Below, one piece after another: positions 23,707 through 32,000 of a DNA stretch of 32,000 bases; position 1 is the first letter of the stretch, and every line of letters begins with the position of its first letter. A program made the translations under genes and the position numbers. The DNA is from Rotaria sp. (Eukaryota): contig CAJNOF010000168.1 in the NCBI GenBank assembly GCA_905250055.1, forward strand, positions 49,332 to 81,331. Direction: 5' to 3'. The notes under the pieces are model-generated. The model had not been told where the DNA came from and made no database searches. It saw nothing but the letters and a program-made list of their open reading frames with translations.

Positions 23707-25040
23707 CAGGCCCCGCGCGAGGGATCCAAGATTGGGGGGGTGTGACGAGATTTCAAGGCAGTCAAGACTCAGGGAAGCAAAATTTTTTTCGCATCAGATC
23801 TGATGTTAATCTTTTTTTGCGGGCCTAAAATGTAATCATTTTTCGCGAAGCGACAACTTTTTGCAACCTCCTTAAAAAATTTGATTTTTTCTCCCAAATT
23901 TTCAAGAAGAGAACTCGAGTCCAATATGAGAAAATTTCTCGATACTGCCGTTATCGAAAGCGACCACTTTGGTGCAAATTGCTCTATATCAAGCTGTTTC
24001 AAAGGAAAAGTTGACTAAAGTATTATCCGATCCAAAATGAAAGGCAGGTTACCATTTTTCGCATAACTATTGATACGAACGAGATAGAGAGCTGCGGTTT
24101 TCACCATTCGAAAGAGCGATGTCCGAGCCATTGATCGGTATAGAACTGATTAAGACGAAAGATATTTTTTTTTAAGTGTACCTTTGAGTCAACACTTTTC
24201 CTTTGAGTATTTTCATCAATTTTTAGAATAATCTCAACTCAAATTATGTCAAAATGTAGCTCAAATCATCCTCTTTTCGCTATAAAATTAGCATTTCTTT
24301 CTTTTAAACCCACTTAGAATAAGCGATTGAGAGATAATAAAATATGTGATAATTTTATAGCGAAAAGAGGGTGATTTGAGCTACATTTTGACATAATTTG
24401 AGCTGAGATTATCTTGAAAATTGATGAAAATACTCAAAAGAAAAAGTGTTGATCCAAAGGTACCTATAAAAAAAACATTTTCCGTCTTAATGAGTTCTAT
24501 ACCGATCGATGGCCCAGACATCCCTCTTTCGAATTGTGAAAACCGCACCTCTCTATCTCGTTCCTATCAAAAGTTATTCGAAAAATGGTAACCTGCCTTT
24601 TATTTTGAATCGGACAATAGGAAGTTTGTCTAAGTTAACTGCGGTTACACAATTGTTATTTTTCACGAAGCGAAAACATTTTTCAGACTCACGAAAAACT
24701 CTTTTTCCCTTATGTTGTTCGAAAGCAAAAAGTGTTGCGATAACTCTTAGAGATTTCGCCGCCGAAGGCGGCCACGCTAGTGACGACTGTTGGAAAATAA
24801 AGCTCTTCAAAAAGAAAACAGAAGTAAAATTGCGTTAAAAACAGAAAAATCACACATATTTCTAGGCCGAATACGCTCCCGTGGTCATGTTTTCGCGAAG
24901 CGAAAAATTTAAACATCCCTTCAGAATTTTCTAGCAAAAAATTTCAAAAAGATTTATGGATTTTGTTGGCTACGAATGAGTAATTATTAATTATTGGGGG
25001 GTGTACACCCCCCTACACCCCCCCACTTTCGCGGGGCCTG
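23707..25040. mobile_element. Non-autonomous hAT-like DNA transposon, 1334 bp
   Basis: TIR CAGGCCCCGCG at 23707-23717, exact reverse complement CGCGGGGCCTG at 25030-25040; perfect 8-bp TSD ACTCCAAG at 23699-23706 and 25041-25048; no long transposase ORF inside. Confidence 0.88.
24010..24639. repeat. Internal long inverted repeat of the hAT-like element, arms about 280 bp
   Basis: gttgactaaagtattatccgatccaaaatgaaaggcaggttaccatttttcg... mirrored by ...cgaaaaatggtaacctgccttttattttgaatcggacaataggaagtttgtctaagttaac. Confidence 0.88.
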
Positions 25041-25409
25041 ACTCCAAGTCATCCTAAAATAGTTATAAGTACACGTATAAAATGGTCAAAATCATAAACA
25101 CTGTCGATAATTATACTTCTGAAAAAAAAAGTTCGACTTTTCAACAAAATGACAACAAAAACAAGTTTTGTTTACAAAAATAAATTATCAAGAGAACGTT
25201 CTGTACCCTTTTGATAAATTTATTTTGTGTAATTTAATCTGAATAAGCATTACACAAAAAGTCTCTTTCATCTATAGGAAAAATAAAATACAAATTTGTA
25301 ATATGTAGTTACCAGCATACATCAAAAAGAAATTTCATCTCTTGTTTTCATTCTTCCTTCAGAAAGAAACTTAATAGAAAAACAGTTGTTTTTCTTCTGC
25401 TTTTTTGTA

Positions 25410-26534
25410 GATAGGGGATGGCTCGTACATAGACGTGTGCCAATACTAAAACCAACCGAAAACTTTTGGGTTTGGCAATATTGGCTTTTGGGATTGTAGT
25501 CTTTCTCTTCAGTTAGCATAGTGATTATTCTAATAAAGTAGTTCACTTTGCTTATCCAACTTTGCCTAATATGATCAGGAAAGAGAAATTATCATTATGG
25601 TGAAAGTAACTGTCAACATAGTACTATTTGAGAAGGAATTAGCTCTATTGATCACTTATGGAAATTTTTCATCTGACTTAGAGCTATACAGATCATGTTT
25701 ATGAATGAGAGCGTTTCTTTTTGAACTCAAATATGCCAAAAATCAGAATTGTAAATTACATTAAATGTTTATATTTTTCTATGATACTTCATTTAAGAAA
25801 TATATTTTCTCATTTTTTTAAAGCTATTTAGAGATATTATTAATAACTTTTCAAGAGCTATTTGCAGGTATCCACAATAACTTGATGAGACCATGGGAGA
25901 GGTCAGTTCGTCCTTGCAAAGTTGCTAATGATATTCAGCAATAGGCCTTCGGAAGGTTACCATCGGTATCCGGAAATAGATCCCACAAAATTACTGAGAA
26001 TACTTCGACATAGCTCTCAAAAAAGTACTTACAATACACCGAGATAGGTCTCAAAAAATGACTACTGAAACTTGCAAATATTTCTCAGAAATTTACTAAT
26101 AGTGTGTCCATATAGTCCCGAGAAAGTTATTAATAGTACCCCGAGAGAGTGTCAGAAAGTTACCAACGGTACCTCCAAATAGCTCTTGAAAAGTTATTAA
26201 TGATATCTCTAAATAGCTTTCAAAAAATGAGAAAATATATTTCTTAAATGAAGTATCATAGAAAAATATAAACATTTAATGTAATTTATAATTCTGATTT
26301 TTGGCCTATGTGAGTTCAAAAAGAAACGCTCTCATTCATAAATATGATCTGTATAGCTCTAATTCAGATGAAAAGTTCCCATAAGTGATCAATAGAACTA
26401 ATTTCTTCTCAAATAGTACTATGTACTTTATTAGAATAATCACTATCATAACGCAAGAGAAAGGCCACAGTCCCAAAAGCCAGTACCCCAAACCAAAAGT
26501 TTTGGTATTAGTACATGCCTAGTCTTGCCCTATC
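25410..26534. mobile_element. Foldback element with arms about 360-460 bp around a tandem-repeat core
   Basis: Left gatagggg...aaaacttttgggtttggcaatattggcttttgggattgtagtctttctctt...gtgattattctaataaagta is the reverse complement of the right tactttattagaataatcac...aagagaaaggccacagtcccaaaagccagtaccccaaaccaaaagttttggtatt...gccctatc; the inner arms also match. Confidence 0.82.
25914..26220. repeat. Degenerate about 34-bp tandem repeat, about 9 copies, in the foldback core
   Basis: tctcaaaaaagtacttacaatacaccgagatagg / tctcaaaaaatgactactgaaacttgcaaatatt / tctcagaaatttactaatagtgtgtccatatagt / cccgagaaagttattaatagtaccccgagagagt / tcttgaaaagttattaatgatatctctaaatagc. Confidence 0.78.
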
Positions 26535-27379
26535 ATTGTTCCTCTCTGATCTATGTCAGAATGAGAAGTTTCTATAGCATAATTGCAGACCGTTTGGTTT
26601 TGTTCTTTCTGAACTACCATTTGCCTCAATTTTCTTTTTAGCCGTTCGTTGGAAAGCAGAAACACAAATAGCCAGTCTCTTTCTTTTATGAAACCTACTT
26701 GAAAACGACTAGGGTATTTGTTTGGAATTAGAGCCAATCTATCGTACTTCACGACTCTTTAGACTCGTAATCAACGATACATAGTTCATAGATAAGTTAT
26801 ACGGATTCAAAAAAACATTCGATCAACTTGATCAAAGTGGCATTCTCTTCAAAGGATTGTAATATTTGCATAGATAGGTGTCATTCGACAGTTGATTAGC
26901 CTTGTCTTAGTGTGGAAAGAAAAACTCAATGATGACGCCTTACATTGAGTTTCATATGTCATATGCTGTCAATTTGTCAGCAATTGAATAAAGAATACAA
27001 TGTATGACAAACAAAAATATAAGAACTGTCACGTTAATCATGTTTTTTTTTTCTAAATTTTGAATTCAGGAAGGAGAACTTATGAAACAAAAAAGAAAAG
27101 GTCAACTATTGTTGAGAAATGAAAGTTAAGCTTCAATTGCTACTGCTCAAATATAGTAATGAAACAGTAGTAATATTGATATGTCGTTATAAGAAACTAC
27201 GGTGAACCTCAAGATGAATAATGAATAAGAGAGAGAGAGAAGATAGATATTGCATAAGAACAAAACAGAATCAATCACGTGCCACATCTCTATGATGTAT
27301 TTTATCCATGTTACGAAAGAAAAGGTGCTTTCTTTCTCCACACAAATTGCAGTTGGAGAAAAACCAGTCACATCCATAT

Positions 27380-28430
27380 ATATCCCTGGAAAGCAAAAGC
27401 TGTAGTCGATATCTGAGTATATCGTCATTACAAAAACATATTTTTAAAAGAATAATATCACACTCTGAAATCCTGTGAAGTTGTCTATCATCTCTATATA
27501 TATTTATGTTTTAGTTTTCAGTTAGACATTGCCAAAATAAATTTTATGCAATGAAGACATCTTCATGTCCAGATTCTCACAGACGTGATTTTGTCACTCT
27601 CATCAAAATAAGTTCTTAAAGTTTTTCATCAATATAGAATTAACTTTAAAAAAAAAAGCAATCATATATTCTTTAAGCACTTGAAATTCTGTGTCTTTCT
27701 ATATATTGTCTATGGTCTTGAACTCATCTATTGTCAAAATAATTTGAACATAATGAAGAGATGCTCAATCGACAAGAATAGCAATTCTGTGTGTGTATGA
27801 GTTTTCAAAGTATAGATAGCAAGGAAATCAGTTTCTACAAAAGTACTGATGCATTCTTCAACAGCTTCACATCCTCTATCATCCTATATATATATATTCG
27901 TCTTATCTTATATTCATATGCTTAAATAATAATTCTATTGATGTTCAAATATCCTCGATGATCAATCTTAATTTGAACGGAGAAAATAGAAAAAAGTATC
28001 AAAAAACTATTTGGATTTTTTTTTCGAAATTGTCAGTTGAAGTGACTTCATTGTTCTTAAATTATTTTAATAATAGATAAGTGCAAGAGAGTAAACAAAA
28101 ATATAGAAAGAAAGAGAATTTCAAGTGCTTAAAGAATATATGATTGCTTTTTTTTAAAAAGTTAATTCTATATTGATGAAAAACTTAAAAAACTTATTTT
28201 GATGAGAATGGCAAAATCAAGTCTGTGAGAATCTGTACATGAAGATGTCTTCATTGCCTGAAATTTATTTTGGCAATGTTTAACTAAAAACTAAAACATA
28301 AATATATACAGGGATGATAGAGAACTTCACAGAATTTCAGAATATGATATTATTCTTTTAAAAATATGTTTTTGTAATGACAATATACTCAAATATTGAC
28401 TAGAGGTTTTGTTTTTCAGGGATATATATA
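27380..28430. repeat. Large inverted repeat, arms about 380 bp, about 290-bp spacer
   Basis: Left gagtatatcgtcattacaaaaacatatttttaaaagaataatatcacactctgaaatcctgtgaag... matches the reverse complement of the right ...cttcacagaatttcagaatatgatattattcttttaaaaatatgtttttgtaatgacaatatactc. Confidence 0.9.
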
Positions 28431-29885
28431 GCCAACGACAAACGTTGAAGCGACTTTGGTTTTGTGGAACTTACATCAACTTTCGAAGAAAATAGTGAGT
28501 ATAAGCTTTCCGGTTTCCGTACCTCTCTCTCCTCCGTTACAGACACCTTAAGAATAAGCAGCCATGGTCGATTTCGACCTTGCTTAATGGTTGAAATCAG
28601 ATGGCATACTTTAGTCATACAATTTTGATACTGTGTCCTCTCTATTCTAGGAATTGATTGCAGTTTCATCGTCATTTTATTAATGATGAATTTGAATAAA
28701 GTCATCTGACTACAACCCTTAAGCAATGTCGAAACCGGTCATGGCTTCTTATTCTTATGTGTAAGATCTATCGAGTTCTAATATACAAAATTACACGACT
28801 AAGTTAATTTTTTTTCAGAAATAGTGGTCAGAGTGTCATATTGATAATTACGCACTAACTTTCATAGAAGTGTCTGAACAAATTTAAATAAGAAGCTCTT
28901 TATAGTTTATCAAGAAATAGAACGAAGACAACATTCTGAAATGTTTTGATATTTCTCACAAAAACCTAAGGAACTCTTTTATTCAAATTTGAATTAAAAA
29001 TTTTTGCAGCTTGATACATTTTTCAAAACTTACTTCGAATCTTCCGAAGAAACTATTTGCGCTAATAAAAACTATGTTATGCCTGTTAGTGTGAAATCAA
29101 ATATGAGAAGCTCACATAAATGGTGCATATTTTTCTTTTTATTCTATGCACTAAATAAACATATGTCACATACTATTAGCTTATCATTTGTCATTTCAAT
29201 TGCGCATATCGCTATGTGTTAAAGAACACTGTTCATAAACTAGAAGTGCACACTTTCAAATATGATTGTTTTTCTTCAGATTATTTCTTCGTCATTCAAC
29301 ATTGAAGAATACGTCAAGAGATCGATGATCGAGATGGGATTGTTTAGAAGCTATTTGACTGAGATTAGTCTAACTCGAGACGTATAGATCTGCAGATGGT
29401 ATTGTCCTCATGCTGAGAGAATGTTATGAAATTAAATTATATTCAAAAATAGTTATTATGTATTTTTCGATCAAATATGCTTGGCAAGATAAAGAATAAA
29501 CTCAAGTTGTGCCTTCAGAGTGTGTTGGAAATCGTCATATATGGGACATATTTTCATTTAATGTATAGTGTCTCTTTCTTTATTATGGACTAAAGAACTT
29601 CTTTCTTCGATAGAGAATATACTCAAGGACATATATAGCTTCCTATTGACATTATTATAAGCATTTATTATCTGAAGAATCAACATTTTTTAATAAGAAA
29701 ACATCAATCATTTGCTCACTTCTAAAAGCACTTTTAACGCTTGCCATTATCAAACTCTATTCACATGAGAGACAAGCGCTAAATAACATCATGCTAAAAC
29801 TATATGAGTAATAACTTCTAATGACTAAGACATTTTAACTTCACAACAGTCGGTAAATATAGAATGACAAACAATAGTTGTTCAG

Positions 29886-30182
29886 CCCAGGTCGATCGTT
29901 CCGGTCACCGGATACTGCAGGAACCGGCAGGAAAGACGCGGAAAAATCGCCGGTTCCTGCAGGAAAACACCGGAAATCAACGGAACATGGAAGCAGTATT
30001 CCGGCCGGAAATTTTTCGGACTTTTTCCGGCGGATTTCCGGCCGGTTCCTGCCGGAAAGAACAGGAATTGACTGGAATCCACCGGAAAAAATCCGAAAAA
30101 TTTCCGGCCGGAATACTGCTTCCATGTTCCGTTGATTTCCGGTGTTTTCCTGCCGGAACCGGCCGGTACTTTTCGACCTGGG
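29886..30182. repeat. GC-rich palindromic element with CCCAGGTCGA ... TCGACCTGGG termini
   Basis: Both arms share ggaaaacaccggaaatcaacggaacatggaagcagtattccggccggaaatttttcgga in inverted orientation. The right arm lacks about 50 bp present in the left. Confidence 0.88.
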
Positions 30183-30258
30183 AGGTAATCAATAAATATT
30201 TAATTGATCCATTAGATTTGAGCATCGATTAAATCCTCTGAAACTATCAACAAATCCG

Positions 30259-30489
30259 AGTGTGGGTGTGGGTGTGGGTGGGTGTGGGTGGGTGTGGGTG
30301 TGGGTGGGTGTGGGGTGTGGGTGTGGATGGGTGTAGGTATGGGTATGGGCGTTGGTGTGAGTGTACGGGTGTGGGTGCAGGTGTGACTGCGGCTGTGTGA
30401 ATCTCTGCTTCCACCAACACTCACACCCGCACCCACACCCCACACCCGCACCCACACCCCACACCCCACACCCCACACCCACACCCAAC
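30259..30489. repeat. Telomere-like inverted array: G-rich 30259-30386, C-rich 30412-30489
   Basis: gagtgtgggtgtgggtgtgggtgggtgtgggtggg... / ...cacccgcacccacaccccacacccgcacccacaccccacaccc. Confidence 0.93.
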
Positions 30490-32000
30490 ACGAAAACGGG
30501 AATAAAAAAAGTTATTCTTGCAGGACTCTGGTATTCGGACAAGAAGTGGGTTTATTTTTCAGCCACTAAAACATTATTCAAAAGAATCACAAGTAGATTT
30601 TTTATTTCTGACTAAATGTTGATTATCTGAGAGCTAACAATTGAATGAGCCGAAAATGGTATATGCAGAAAGCCTAGTAGGTTATAGTAAGATCCTCAAC
30701 TGAATTAGTTGATAGTTTGAGTCACTATCAAGTCATCATTTCTACGGATTGTTCAATTTCATATAAAATTAACAATTTCAATTAACTGGAGATTAACAGA
30801 ACTAAAGAATATCGATAATTATCTAAGAACTGCGTTCTGATAGGTACGACATAATAAATGTCAGAATTAATAGTCTGTGAATATTTCGATCGAATTCTGT
30901 CGTACAGTTGAATGTAGCTTGAAAAAAAGATTCGTCTCCTAATGTATTCTCTATGCAATGCTATATTTTATCAAGTGAACGAGGTTTTGAGCAATAATGT
31001 TAACTTAGTCGAAATGATTTTCAATTTTTAACTGCTTTGATGGGCTGTATAAATAAGAACTAGAAAATATAGTGCCCTTTCAGATGCATTGGCAGAGAGT
31101 TTTGCAATGTTCTCCTTATGAAATAGTTTTGTTTTCTAAAGTTCTTATCGATGGATCAATAAGTCGTTTTTAAACGTTAGTCTGGCTCCTCTACCGACTC
31201 GTGTCATGTTGGTAAGTGATTCATATCAATGACAGACACGTTTTCAAGACATGTTTTAGTTGATCCAAAGAAGCAAGTATGTTCTTCAAAATAGTTTTGC
31301 TTGCTTTTCAAATGCGAACGAAATTGAAGCAGTTGACTTAGATGTTAAAAAAATTATCATGCTTCTAGAGTTTTCGCTTTCGTTCACGTAAAATTTTCAT
31401 TCACCAAAGAAAGCTGGTTTCGATTTTCATCATTGCACCTTCTTTCAGCTCATTGGACTTGTACGAAAAAATGGAACAGAAATCGATTGTGCACGAATAC
31501 AGTTAATCTTTTGGCATCATTCATACGTTGTCAATGATGGATCATACGATTGAATTTTCATATTTATTCAAAGATCAAAGGATCTTCCTTTTTACGAAAG
31601 CTTTCGAAAAATGAAATGAGCTCGAGTGTGAATATAGATCTAATTTTAGCTTGCATTCATCTAACAGATAAACCACATTAAATTATCCCTCTATTCTGCC
31701 TTCGATAATATTTTACAACCGCTCTATCTGGCGATACCGACTTCATTTTCTTACTACATCTATATTTTACAAAATCTCTGGATATTCGAAAGATGGTTTT
31801 GCTTAAGATGAAAACGGGAAAATCACCTGTAGCAATATCCAAAGACTTACACAATGTAATTGGCGAACGAACTGTTTGAAAATGAAAGCCTATCTATTTA
31901 TAACCAGAAAACATCTGAACCTATACAAACAATCCGAATAAAGGATGTTATCAACAGAGTCAAAAGACTTTATTAACGTGACGGATAACACATATAAAGT

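Noticed and set aside
24509-24838. Opposing 109-aa and 78-aa ORFs
   Set aside because: Both lie within the hAT-like element's arms and lack transposase motifs.
29841-30232. Four overlapping ORFs on both strands with FRPEYCFHVP / GSSIPAGNFSDFFR
   Set aside because: They arise from the palindromic GC-rich element, and the repeated peptides are explained by the inverted arms.
30189-30615. Three overlapping His/Thr/Pro or Gly/Val-rich ORFs
   Set aside because: Same reason: they are low-complexity translations of the telomere-like array.
1-32000. CRISPR arrays, bacterial operons, phage or plasmid modules
   Set aside because: The gene structures are intron-containing and eukaryotic. The tandem repeats lack the repeat-spacer pattern.

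Overview
This is an AT-rich eukaryotic window. Short GT-AG introns, dense foldback elements and TGTGGG-type arrays suggest a bdelloid rotifer; that assignment is inference. Supportable genes: (1) minus strand 4412-2139, a multi-exon gene joining a helical MLKL/MCAfunc-like N-terminus, a TKL-type kinase and NLRC3/ribonuclease-inhibitor-type LRRs across a phase-consistent 193-bp intron; (2) plus strand 6851-9795, an intron-rich CocE/NonD (peptidase S15-like) hydrolase, plausibly of bacterial origin; (3) plus strand 17258-18780, a secreted Thr-rich 10-aa-repeat protein with a Cys-rich Ly6/uPAR-like domain, with an in-frame TGA after the signal peptide; (4) minus strand 21941-21484, a GFA/CENP-V-like gene with an apparent homopolymer frameshift; (5) a minus-strand multi-TM protein at 23706-22766, split at codons 2-4 by a 1334-bp hAT-like element with a perfect 8-bp TSD and perfect 11-bp termini. 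The window is unusually rich in foldback structures: 1-332, 4869-6139, 23707-25040, 25410-26534, 27380-28430 and 29886-30182. It also has seven clusters of TGTGGG/CCCACA telomere-like sequence. Five of these have both strands represented, always G-rich first and C-rich second, which is the orientation of a telomere-telomere junction. All alignments were done by eye, so identities are approximate.
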